This document shows positions 28,272 through 37,389 of a DNA stretch of 64,000 nt, piece by piece. A program made the translations under genes and the position numbers. Within the stretch, counting starts at the first letter, position 1. Each line of letters starts with the position of its first letter. This DNA comes from Desulfobacterales bacterium (GTDB lineage: Bacteria; Desulfobacterota; Desulfobacteria; Desulfobacterales; UBA5852): positions 2,368,001 through 2,432,000 of the forward strand of contig CAXXVS010000003.1 in assembly GCA_963674755.2 (NCBI GenBank). The letters run 5' to 3'. The notes beneath the pieces are model-generated. The model was not told the DNA's origin. It searched no databases and saw only the letters and a program-made list of their open reading frames with translations.

Positions 28272-29525
28272 TCATCCTGCGTGGCGCATGGTTAGCCGTT
28301 TGTTTATCGCCAGGACCCCGTTGCGGAGCAGTGACGCCGAGCGTACATTGGGATCGAGCGGCTGCCCGCCGCCATTGACGCAGCCCCCCGGGCAGGCCAT
28401 GATTTCAATGAAGTGATAAGGGGATTTGCCTGTGCGCACCTCGTTGCAGAGCTGGGCGGCATTCGCGAGGCCGCTGGCCACCGCCACCTTGACGGTGCCG
28501 AAGCCCGGAACCGGGATGTCGGTGGCGTTGATGCCCTCATGGGTGCGTACCACCTTGATGTCGGGGTCGGACAGTTTTTGCTTGGAGAGAACTTCATAGG
28601 CCAGACGCAGGGCGGCTTCCATAACCCCGCCGCTGTTGCCGAAAATGGTGGCGGCGCCCGTGGACATGCCCAGGGCGGGGTCCGGTTCTCGCTTGGGCAG
28701 GGCCTGGAAGTCGATGCCGGCCGTCTTGATCATGTAAGCCAGTTCGCGGGTATTAATAGTGGCATCGATGTCCTGGAAACCACTGTCCGCCATTTCCGGC
28801 CGCAGCCCTTCGTATTTTTTGGCGATACAGGGCATGATCGAGACGGTGTAGATCTTCTGGGCCGGAATCTCGGTCACTTCGGCACCATAGGTTTTGGCCA
28901 GGGGCCCCAGCATGCCGATGGGCGATTTGCAGGTGGATACATGGGGCAACAGGTCGGGGTAGAAGGATTCCACAAACTTGATCCAGCCCGGACAGCAGGA
29001 TGTGAACTGCGGCAGGGGTTTGGCCTTGTCGGGGTGGCTGATCCGTTCGATCAGTTCGGTGCCTTCCTCCATGATGGTGACATCGGCCGTGAACTCGTTG
29101 TCCCATACATAATCGAACCCCAGCGCTTTCAGGGCGGCATGCATTTGGCCGCCAGCATAGGTGCCGACATCGTATCCGAAGCATTCGGCCAATCCATAGC
29201 GCACGGCCGGGGCTGGCATGGAAACGACGATCGTATTGGGATCCTTCAGTTTGGCGAAGATTTCATCCACATAGCTGACGCCCTCGTAGATCGCTCCATA
29301 GGGGCAGTGGATCAGACATTGGCCGCAGTTCATGCAGGCCGACGGGTTGATCACCTGGCGCGTGCCGTTTTCGTTGATGGGCTGGATAGCGCCGGTGGCA
29401 CAGTGGTTCTCGCATTCCCCGCAGGCTTCACACTTGGTGGCGTCGACCTGGACAAAGAAAATATGATCCGGATCGACTTGCCGCGGCGCATTGGTCGCGT
29501 ACATCACCTTTTCCATTTCTCGCAT
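28272..29525 (-). CDS. hydA: [FeFe]-hydrogenase large subunit, 2[4Fe-4S] plus H-cluster
   Basis: Two CxxCxxCxxxC clusters; TSCCPGW, MPCIAKKYE, EIMACPGGCVNGGGQP; AAGGAGG RBS. Confidence 0.95.
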   Translation of the reverse strand: MREMEKVMYATNAPRQVDPDHIFFVQVDATKCEACGECENHCATGAIQPINENGTRQVINPSACMNCGQCLIHCPYGAIYEGVSYVDEIFAKLKDPNTIVVSMPAPAVRYGLAECFGYDVGTYAGGQMHAALKALGFDYVWDNEFTADVTIMEEGTELIERISHPDKAKPLPQFTSCCPGWIKFVESFYPDLLPHVSTCKSPIGMLGPLAKTYGAEVTEIPAQKIYTVSIMPCIAKKYEGLRPEMADSGFQDIDATINTRELAYMIKTAGIDFQALPKREPDPALGMSTGAATIFGNSGGVMEAALRLAYEVLSKQKLSDPDIKVVRTHEGINATDIPVPGFGTVKVAVASGLANAAQLCNEVRTGKSPYHFIEIMACPGGCVNGGGQPLDPNVRSASLLRNGVLAINKRLTMRHAG

Positions 29526-29597
29526 TCCACATTCCTCCTTTGAGGGGGTTGATGAGTCATCAGGCACAAAGCGTGCCCACATGCTGGCGGTCTCTCT

Positions 29598-30179
29598 TTA
29601 AACCGTCCGGCAACCGTAACGTTTTTCCCAAAGAGTGCTTTCATCCGTCATGATGGGGCGGCAGCTCACGATCCAAAGTGCTTGGCGCAGCAGTCCTTTC
29701 AGGTTGGGGGGGCCGGTAAGCACCTTGCGTGCCGTTTCGAGATGATCCCAAGGATCCAGGACCATCTCGATCTGATCGCACACGCATTTTTTAAGCACGA
29801 CCGCCGCCTCGCCCGGAAGACGGAAGATATTTCCGGCTTCGGTCGCACCGTTGGCGGCATTGACCAACCGGACCTCAATGGGGATCGATTGGTCACCTGC
29901 GCCTAGTTCATCTTGCGGGGCCGGCCTGAGTTCAGGCAGATTGAGCCACCAATTGTAATGGGATGCACTCCATCCGGCGCCGAGGTTGCATAGGAAGAAG
30001 AGAACGCGGTCTTCCACATACACGCCAAACGTCACCCTGCCGTGCCTCAGCGCTGCCACTTCGGCCTCAGCGGGCCGGATGGCCGCTTTGATCAGGGTGT
30101 GCCCCAAGCGCGTATAATTATAATGGGTTCCCGGCTTCAATTCCGTCAGGCCGCTGATGCGGCATTGGCCCTGTGGCAT
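29598..30179 (-). CDS. Hypothetical protein (193 aa), first gene of the hyd unit
   Basis: AGGTGG RBS; fills the gap between the leader and hydA; no motif recognised. Confidence 0.6.
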   Translation of the reverse strand: MPQGQCRISGLTELKPGTHYNYTRLGHTLIKAAIRPAEAEVAALRHGRVTFGVYVEDRVLFFLCNLGAGWSASHYNWWLNLPELRPAPQDELGAGDQSIPIEVRLVNAANGATEAGNIFRLPGEAAVVLKKCVCDQIEMVLDPWDHLETARKVLTGPPNLKGLLRQALWIVSCRPIMTDESTLWEKRYGCRTV

Positions 30180-30246
30180 AAAACCACCTATGCAATGTCA
30201 ACAACGGTTAAAAAGGCGCCTGGAACGCAGGCTTGAGCAGAAATGC

Positions 30247-30298
30247 AAAAGCCACGTCGGCCCGGCACTCAAAAAAACGTGCGGCCTTCGTGGCCTTT
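30247..30298 (-). promoter_or_regulatory. Leader attenuator with GCCACGAAGG (hyd unit)
   Basis: Minus strand AAGGCCACGAAGGCCGCAC..GTGCCGGGCCGACGTGGC-TTTT. Confidence 0.7.
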
Positions 30299-30443
30299 CT
30301 AGATGAAGAGGGAGTAAAACAGGGTTACGAATGAAAGTACCACCATTTCTCTATGGTGGTTGATGTCTTCTACCTGAAAATACTGCTCTTGTAAAGAATT
30401 TCCTTTATAATATTCGCTCTTTTTTGCCGCTGACCGGTGCTCG

Positions 30444-31400
30444 TTATGGTCCGTCGCTGCTGGATGTCCGGTCGAACGGTTCGTCCTCGGGATTGATCTC
30501 GATGGTCAGATGGCTCAAGTGGTGAATCTTACCAAGTCGTTGGCGCAATTGTACGGGGTTTGTGCCGTTCCAGGCGCTTAAGGCCACGATGGCGCTGTAG
30601 GCGCCGGGCCCGACCTGCCAGACATGCAGATCCAGCAGGGCGGCCCCCTCCATGGTAGTCACCACGCGCCGGATTTCTTTCTCGACGTTGCTGGGGCCGC
30701 TGTAATCCAGCAGTATCTTGCCGGTCTCCCGTATGAGGCCGTAGGACCAGCGGCTGATGACGGCGGCCCCCACGATGCCCATGAGCGGGTCCAGAAACGA
30801 CCAGCCCCAGAGCTTGCCGAAGAGCAAAGCCGCGATGGCCAGAATCGACGTCAGGGCGTCGGCCAGGACGTGAATATAGGCGGCCCGCAGGTTGTGGTCG
30901 TGGTGATGATGGTGCTCGTGGCCTTCCGAGGTGTGGCCGTGTCCGTGATCCTCCTTGAGCACCAGGGCGCTGGCCACGTTCACCACCAGGCCGACCACCG
31001 CCACCAGGATGGCTTCGTCGAAGTGGATGGCCACCGGAGCCAGCAGCCGCCGGATAGAGGCGTAGATCATGGAAAGGGCCACCACAGCCAGCAGCAGGGC
31101 GCTGCTGAAGCCGGCCAGCTCCCCGATCTTGCCCGTACCGAAGGAGAAATTGGCGTTGCGGCGGTGCTTGCGGGCCAGGTAATAAGCCAGGGCCGTGATG
31201 CCCAGGGCCGAAGCATGGCTGGCCATGTGCCAGCCGTCGGCCAAAAGGGCCATGGAGCCGAAGATCATCCCGGAGGCGATCTCCACGGTCATGGTGGCCA
31301 GGGTGAGAACGATCACGATCCAGGTGCGCCGTTCGTTGCGGTGCTGGTGTGAGGAAAGGAAATTGTGGTCGTGGGGATAGTTCAGGGGCTCGTTGTGCAT
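30444..31400 (-). CDS. dmeF: CDF-family Co(II)/Ni(II) efflux transporter
   Basis: ERRTWIVI, GSMALLADGWHMASHA, His-rich loop, DHNLRAAYIHVLADALTS. Confidence 0.88.
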   Translation of the reverse strand: MHNEPLNYPHDHNFLSSHQHRNERRTWIVIVLTLATMTVEIASGMIFGSMALLADGWHMASHASALGITALAYYLARKHRRNANFSFGTGKIGELAGFSSALLLAVVALSMIYASIRRLLAPVAIHFDEAILVAVVGLVVNVASALVLKEDHGHGHTSEGHEHHHHHDHNLRAAYIHVLADALTSILAIAALLFGKLWGWSFLDPLMGIVGAAVISRWSYGLIRETGKILLDYSGPSNVEKEIRRVVTTMEGAALLDLHVWQVGPGAYSAIVALSAWNGTNPVQLRQRLGKIHHLSHLTIEINPEDEPFDRTSSSDGP

Positions 31401-31405
31401 TTGTT

Positions 31406-32038
31406 TTATACAACCCCTGTTTCCAACTGCGTTGTCAACTGTTTGGCCAGCAGGGCGCTGGTCATGGCCAGGCTCTCAGGATCCAGGTAATACTCTGCCT
31501 GACGCCAAAACAAAACCGTGCTGTAAGGGGGAAAATCATCATCTCCGTCGTTGAATAAGAGAAGCAAGGCTATGCGGGGCAGCGCCTGGAACTGCATGAC
31601 CAGGTCATAGGACAGCGTTGAATCACCGCAAACGCCGCCTAGGCGGCGTGCGGCCCGGGATAAGGCCTGCAGGTTGCCGGAAAAAGCCTGGGCTATTTTC
31701 TGCTCCGTGTCACTGGCGAAATAATTGACGTTCGTAAAGTGGGATTCGCGCTTGAAATCCTTGAAAGCGGCCCACTGGGGGTCCTGATGCTCTCGTGCGG
31801 GACAGCGGGCCAGATATTTGGCCATGATGACGAAGGTCGTGTAGCTGGGCGGCTGACGATGCTCATCCCAAATACCCTGGTGGGAAATGGTATAGCGGTG
31901 ATCGAAAAGCGACAGGGTATACTCCTCAGCGTGTGATTCCAGACCCAGGATGGGTGCGATCCGTTCGAGATCGAGCACCGCCAGGCTGTTCATATACTCC
32001 CCGTAATGCGTTTCGAATATATCCCCCGAGCGCGTCAT
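31406..32038 (-). CDS. DUF3786-family protein
   Basis: W..FKDF, F.ALPRI.L.L.F.DGDDDFP....VLF...A..YLD.ESL. Confidence 0.8.
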   Translation of the reverse strand: MTRSGDIFETHYGEYMNSLAVLDLERIAPILGLESHAEEYTLSLFDHRYTISHQGIWDEHRQPPSYTTFVIMAKYLARCPAREHQDPQWAAFKDFKRESHFTNVNYFASDTEQKIAQAFSGNLQALSRAARRLGGVCGDSTLSYDLVMQFQALPRIALLLLFNDGDDDFPPYSTVLFWRQAEYYLDPESLAMTSALLAKQLTTQLETGVV

Positions 32039-35000
32039 TTTAAAGTGGCCTTTCCATGGATAGCCGCCTGCTGACGGATTTGTTCCAACGCGTAGCGTTT
32101 TTCATCATTCTCCGGCAAATTTTGCAAGGCTCTCGTCAGGTGACTGTGGGCCTCACGGGGGTGTCCCTGTTGCAAAAATGTGATGCCCAGTTCGCCCTGA
32201 ATTTCAGGGTCGTCAGGTGATAGGGCCAGTGCTGAGGAAAGGGCGGTCACCGCCGCCTCCCAAGCGCCCCGGCGCCGTTCCACCATGCCCAGGTATTTGA
32301 AGCTATCGGTGCTGTGCGGGGAGAGGTTTGCCGCCCGGGCCAGATGGCGGGCCGCCTCGTCCAGGTCGCCGCGGGCCGCCCGCAGGAGGCCCAGGGCCAT
32401 GTGGGCCGAGACATGGCCGGGTTGCAACGCGAGAGCGGCCCGCAGTTGTTCCGCAGCCTCGGTGGTGCGGCCGGCCGCTGTGAGGGCCACGCCGAGGTTG
32501 TAGTAATCCATGGCGCGGGGCTGGCCGGTCCGGAGCCGGCGGCGGATGGCTTCGGCCTGGATGGTCGCGCAGGACGCCTTGAGGGTCGGGTCCGCGAAGA
32601 CCCCATACGCGGGGACCAGGACGCGTCGGCAGTAACCGGCGGCGATCTGCCGGTAGCGTTCCTCCTGCGGTCCGTCGAGAGCTGCCGCGGGCAGGACGTT
32701 GAACATGGGCACGTTGGCGGAAGCGCTGAAGGCTACGAGATCCAGCAGGGTATCCGGGTCCCGGCGGGCATCACGCAGGACCCGCGTGGTCGTGGACAAG
32801 CGCCGGCGGCCGGCGGCGGCCCGGTCGATGTCCAGGGTGCCGCTGTAAAGAGTCCGGGGCGCCGCGAATTCCAGACGGGGTCGGTTGTCCGTGTGCAGGG
32901 GGCCCGGGCCGAAGAGACGGGGAAGATCTTCGGTCAGGACGAGATGGACCAGAAAGTCGGTCGAAGGGAAGACCACGTTGTGGGAGCGTTGGGCAAAGGC
33001 GAGGCGCTCGCGTGCGGCCCGCCAGTCGAAAGCACCGCCGTCCCGCAAGCCCAGCAGCAGATAGTCTACCGGACCGATTTTGATCAGGGCACCGTCCGGG
33101 AAAACGGCCGTGAAGGTGCGGCCCAGGAGGGCGAAAGTGGACCAGTCCATCTCGTAGGACTGAATCCACTGGGCGAAGAGCCCGCCGGAATTCAGGTGCT
33201 GCCGGGCCAAACGGAAGAACTCCAGGGAGAAGAGATTGGCCAGCCCGGCCATCCAGGGGTTGGAGGGTTCCGAAATGATGACGTCATAGGAACGGCGGGT
33301 GAGGGCCAGGTGGTTGCGCCCGTCCTGGACGATGAGCCGTGTGCGGGGGTCCTCAAGACAGTGGTTGTTCCAGGGGCCGAAGAAGCGGCGGCAGGCGGCC
33401 GCCACCTGGGCGTTGATCTCCACGATGTCCAGTCGCCGGACGGGATAATGCAGCACTTCGCCGGAGGTCATGCCGCTGGCCAGGCCCAGCACCATCACAT
33501 CCCGGGCCCCGGGGTGGAAGAGCAGGGGAATGTGGGCGGACAGGGCCTGGGTGGAGCGGTCGCCGTGGGAGGAAGCCTCGGCCCGACCGCTGTTGAAAAG
33601 GGCGTATTCCGTGATGCATAGACTGGTGATTTCCTTTTCCACGGTGGTGAACCCGGCCACCCCTTCGCCCTGGAAGACCACCTCGAGTCCCTGACGCTCT
33701 TCGGCAATCCGGTCGGCCCCATGCCGCAGGGTCGCGATCCAACCGGTCTGCCCCAGGACCTGGGCGAGGGCGCCGAAGTCGCGGTACCAGCCTCGGGAGA
33801 GCAGGTCCGTCTTCCAGGTAGGGTAGGGCAGGAGAAGGAGTCCGGCCGCCAGCAGCGCCGAGGCCGCCCCCCACCGTTTGCCGGCCGCGAACCGGCCGAA
33901 ATGGCCGGCATGCAACAGGGCCAGACCGGCCAGGCTGAATTGCATCAGGGTGACCACACCCAGACCGCCGGCCATGCCCCGCCACGGGATCAGCACGAAG
34001 CCGGCCACAAACGCGCCTAGGATGGCTCCCAGGGTGTTCAAGGCGTAAGCCCTTCCCAGGGAGCGCCCCATGGTGGCCATGGAGCAGATCACCAGACGAT
34101 TCACCAGGGGAAACGTCGCTCCCAGGAGCACCGTCGGGGTTACCAGAACCGCAAAGACGGCCAGGGATTGGACCAGCATCAGGCGGTCGAAATGCCCCTG
34201 GTAGGTGTAGATCAGCTTGGCAAAGAACAGCTGGCTGTTGCCCAGGATCTGGCTGACCGCGAGGGCGGCGGCCGCCGCACCCAGCTGGGTGGCCGCCAGC
34301 CAGGCGAAAACGGCATCGCTCCGGTCGGCCGCCCAGCGGAAGAGCAGACTGCCCAGGGCCAGGCCGACGACAAAGGTGGTGACCACCAGGGTGAAACTGT
34401 AGGTGGTGGGACCGACGATAAGCCCCAGGAGACGGGTCCACAGGACCTCGTAGGCCATGGCGCAGAAACCCGAAACCGCGAAGATTACCAACCCCCAGCG
34501 GGTTTGACGTTGCCGACGCTTCAAGTCTCCGGACTGCGGCGGCGCAGGGGCCGACGGAGCGTTGGGCTTCGATTTGAATTTTTTGGACGGTGTTCCGGTC
34601 GGCAGCCGCCGGGCGATCCATAGGCAGCTGCCACCGATCAGGCCATTCAGTGCGGCGAAGATTCCCAGGGTCGGCCATACGCCCAGATAGCGGATCAGGA
34701 ACAACCCGCAGAGCGCCACCCCGAGGGCCGCCCCGGCCGTGTTCAGCCCATAGAGCCATCCGGTGCGGCGCCCGAGGTGGTCCAGGCGTTGGACGTAAAA
34801 CCGGCACAGCACCGGCAGGGTGGCGCCCATCAAGGCGGTGGGCGGCAGCAGCACCAGGGCGCATCCCGCCAGGGCCGCCGCCTGGTGGCACCAGAAGTGG
34901 TCCATCAGGCGGTCGTAGAGCACCCGGTAGACCGGGCGGGTGGCGGCCATGGCCCAAGGCACAGCTATCGCCAGGAGCCCGATGCCCAGTTCGAGCTTGC

Positions 35001-35283
35001 CATAAAGGGCCAGCAGCGCGGCCCGGGTGGGCTGCCGGTCGATAACCCGGCCCACCCGCCAGCTGCCCAGGGCCAGACCCGCCATGAAAACCGACAATAC
35101 GGCGGCCACGGCAAAGGGGGCGCTGCCGATAACCTTGTCCATGAAGCGCACCCAGATGACCTGGTAGACCAGACCGGCCGCCCCCGAAAGGAAGAAGCAG
35201 GCGGCCACGAATCCGGTCAGCAGGGCGTTGTCGGCGGTCGCGGGATGGAATTCACTATCGGTCATCGGCAGACGCTTCCCCAT
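32035..35283 (-). CDS. Fused membrane (MFS-like) / spermidine synthase-like / TPR protein
   Basis: Two blocks of TM repeats (FFLSGAAGLVYQV.W.R; LYGLNTAGAALG); VLGLASGMT, QDGRNHL, YDVIISEPSNPW; C-terminal TPRs. Confidence 0.88.
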   Translation of the reverse strand: MGKRLPMTDSEFHPATADNALLTGFVAACFFLSGAAGLVYQVIWVRFMDKVIGSAPFAVAAVLSVFMAGLALGSWRVGRVIDRQPTRAALLALYGKLELGIGLLAIAVPWAMAATRPVYRVLYDRLMDHFWCHQAAALAGCALVLLPPTALMGATLPVLCRFYVQRLDHLGRRTGWLYGLNTAGAALGVALCGLFLIRYLGVWPTLGIFAALNGLIGGSCLWIARRLPTGTPSKKFKSKPNAPSAPAPPQSGDLKRRQRQTRWGLVIFAVSGFCAMAYEVLWTRLLGLIVGPTTYSFTLVVTTFVVGLALGSLLFRWAADRSDAVFAWLAATQLGAAAAALAVSQILGNSQLFFAKLIYTYQGHFDRLMLVQSLAVFAVLVTPTVLLGATFPLVNRLVICSMATMGRSLGRAYALNTLGAILGAFVAGFVLIPWRGMAGGLGVVTLMQFSLAGLALLHAGHFGRFAAGKRWGAASALLAAGLLLLPYPTWKTDLLSRGWYRDFGALAQVLGQTGWIATLRHGADRIAEERQGLEVVFQGEGVAGFTTVEKEITSLCITEYALFNSGRAEASSHGDRSTQALSAHIPLLFHPGARDVMVLGLASGMTSGEVLHYPVRRLDIVEINAQVAAACRRFFGPWNNHCLEDPRTRLIVQDGRNHLALTRRSYDVIISEPSNPWMAGLANLFSLEFFRLARQHLNSGGLFAQWIQSYEMDWSTFALLGRTFTAVFPDGALIKIGPVDYLLLGLRDGGAFDWRAARERLAFAQRSHNVVFPSTDFLVHLVLTEDLPRLFGPGPLHTDNRPRLEFAAPRTLYSGTLDIDRAAAGRRRLSTTTRVLRDARRDPDTLLDLVAFSASANVPMFNVLPAAALDGPQEERYRQIAAGYCRRVLVPAYGVFADPTLKASCATIQAEAIRRRLRTGQPRAMDYYNLGVALTAAGRTTEAAEQLRAALALQPGHVSAHMALGLLRAARGDLDEAARHLARAANLSPHSTDSFKYLGMVERRRGAWEAAVTALSSALALSPDDPEIQGELGITFLQQGHPREAHSHLTRALQNLPENDEKRYALEQIRQQAAIHGKATLK

Positions 35284-35324
35284 GAATACGTCCTAGTGGT
35301 AGGCAATGGCATTCTCTCAATTTC

Positions 35325-35585
35325 GATCTAACCCCCCAACCGCTGGTGGAGGATTCGAAGCGGTTCCACCGATCCGGGGTGATGTGTTTAAACCGTTTCT
35401 TCATTTTCTTTCCTGCGGAAGAAAACGAACCAATCACGCCTCGGCGTGACAGGCTTCAGACGCCCGTGTCCCGCGGCCCCTGCGGGGCGGCCCTGCGCAT
35501 CGCCGACACGGCAGGAGGGCGCGGGACAAAGGGAATCCGAAAACCAAACATTTAAAAAGCCGTATTCAAGCCCCCTTGGAGGGCC
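35325..35585 (+). repeat. Structured intergenic repeat, copy 2 (internally deleted)
   Basis: gatcta..cttcattttc..gaagaaaacg..aatcacgcctcggcgtgacaggcttca.acgcccgtgtccc..gcgggacaaaggg. Confidence 0.85.
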
Positions 35586-36584
35586 CTATTTGACTAGGCC
35601 GGCGATTTCGTATGGATTGCTGCCGGCTTCGATCATCCGCTGATAAAGCGGTTCGTCTATATCGAAGGTGGCTGCCGCCGAAACGAAGCGGTCCGGATCG
35701 CCCAGATGCGGCAGGGCGGCCAGGACGCTGGCGACCTTGGGGGTTCCCTCCGGCACCAGGGCCCGCAGCCGGTCGAAGCCGAAGCTCAGGGCCACGCCCC
35801 GGCCGGTTTTCTGCTTGCCGTTCCAGATGAGCAGGATCGCCGCCGGATTCGGGACGGTGACCGCCTCCAACTGCTCCGCCGACAGGGGTTTGACGATGAG
35901 CCCTTTTTTGCCCGGCGTGCAGTCCAGAATCACCTGCAAGGCGTCTTCCTTGCACCACACCGGGCTGGCCAGAACGGCGTAGCGCTCCCCCGGGGCCAGG
36001 GGATAATGGTTTTGGATATAGTGGGCGAGCAGATAGCCCGAGGTCAGACCGGGGCAGATGTGGTTATGCAGCTCGGCGCTTTTCAGAAAATCGTAGGGAC
36101 CGTCCTGGGCCCAGACATTGGCCAGGGCTGCCAGGGTGAAGAGATCCCGTCCGGCCTGGTAGTCGCCGATGCGCTTCCAGAAAGCGGGCCGGGCGATGGT
36201 TTCCGCTCCCAGGTTGAGCATCTGGGCCGACCAGGTTCCCTCCGTGCGACTGATGATGACGGCGTCGCCGGAAACTTTGTGAAAAAGCATGAAGCGCAGG
36301 GGGTGGGACTGGGGCCGCTGGAAGAAGAGCAGGTTTGCCCGGCCCACCATGCAGCCGGTGAGCGCCTGGGCGTTGGCCAGGTAAGGCAGGGCGTTTTGGC
36401 CGTCCAGAGTAACGTAGGGCGCGTCGGTCAGCAGCAGCAGTTGGGGGTCGCCCTTGGTGACGGACAGGGTCTGCATGGCTTTGGTGACGGCCGTTTCAAA
36501 AGGTGATGCGAAGACAGAGGCGACCCAGAAGAAGGCCATCAGGCCGACGATCAGGACAAGGGATGGGCGGATCCGATTTTTCAT
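35586..36584 (-). CDS. Exported FmdE-family protein
   Basis: Signal peptide (..SVFA-S); ELHNHICPGLTSG, WCKEDALQVILDCTPGK. Confidence 0.75.
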   Translation of the reverse strand: MKNRIRPSLVLIVGLMAFFWVASVFASPFETAVTKAMQTLSVTKGDPQLLLLTDAPYVTLDGQNALPYLANAQALTGCMVGRANLLFFQRPQSHPLRFMLFHKVSGDAVIISRTEGTWSAQMLNLGAETIARPAFWKRIGDYQAGRDLFTLAALANVWAQDGPYDFLKSAELHNHICPGLTSGYLLAHYIQNHYPLAPGERYAVLASPVWCKEDALQVILDCTPGKKGLIVKPLSAEQLEAVTVPNPAAILLIWNGKQKTGRGVALSFGFDRLRALVPEGTPKVASVLAALPHLGDPDRFVSAAATFDIDEPLYQRMIEAGSNPYEIAGLVK

Positions 36585-36686
36585 GACAGAAGGCTCCTTT
36601 TAATTTTTTAACCACAATTAACAACCGCTTGGGGGCCATATCGCCGATAACGGCGATTGATTTCGAGCGTTTCCCCTGACGCCTTG

Positions 36687-36728
36687 TTCATTTTCTTCCA
36701 CGTGGAAGAAAATGGGCCAAAAAATGCC
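36687..36728 (+). repeat. Structured repeat fragment, copy 3
   Basis: ttcattttcttccacgtggaagaaaa palindrome homologous to the other copies. Confidence 0.6.
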
Positions 36729-36743
36729 ATCTATGGACGGACA

Positions 36744-37349
36744 CTAAGAGAGGCATCCCCGGCACACCTCCTGGCCGTCCATGCGGACCAATTTGGTGGC
36801 CATGGTGGGTTCCCCGCAGCGGGCGCAGTTGACGGACGGCTCGATGCGGGCCTTTTCCGGCAGGGGCACGTCTACTTCCGTCAGAGTGAAGAGTGCTTCC
36901 GGCGGCTGATCCAGGATGCGCCGGGCGGCGGCCGTATGCCGGTTTTCGAAGGCTTCACGTTCTTCGGGGGTGGCGGTATCCTGTCGAATCTTGTCCAGGA
37001 GGGCGCGGTGTTCAGGACTCAACGAATCCTGCTCTTCAGGGCGTCGGGCGATGCGCACCCCTTTGCCGGTGTCCCGGCTGAAGAAGGTAAAGGCGTGTTT
37101 GCCGTAGTCGCGGTAGATGAAGTTGCCCTTGCCGAAGGTGCAGCCGGTGATGACCTGGATGGCGTCGCAGCCGCAGGCATCGGTTTCCACAATGGCCACG
37201 ATTTCCTCGTCTTCGGCCCGCCGGGCGGCCAGCCATGCCATCCCGGCCGTGGCGGCCTGGTAGCCCATGGCCAGGCCGGGGCAGAAGTGGCCGTGAAAGT
37301 CGAGGCATTTCTTAAAAAGATCACTGGATAAAATCGTTTCAGCGGACAT
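36744..37349 (-). CDS. FmdE-family protein with C-terminal zinc finger
   Basis: FHGHFCPGLAMG, ETDACGCDAIQVITGCTFGKGN, CARCGE..CRGC. Confidence 0.9.
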   Translation of the reverse strand: MSAETILSSDLFKKCLDFHGHFCPGLAMGYQAATAGMAWLAARRAEDEEIVAIVETDACGCDAIQVITGCTFGKGNFIYRDYGKHAFTFFSRDTGKGVRIARRPEEQDSLSPEHRALLDKIRQDTATPEEREAFENRHTAAARRILDQPPEALFTLTEVDVPLPEKARIEPSVNCARCGEPTMATKLVRMDGQEVCRGCLS

Positions 37350-37389
37350 GCAGGTGTTCTCCTTTTAGCGTTGGATGATGGTTCGTTTT

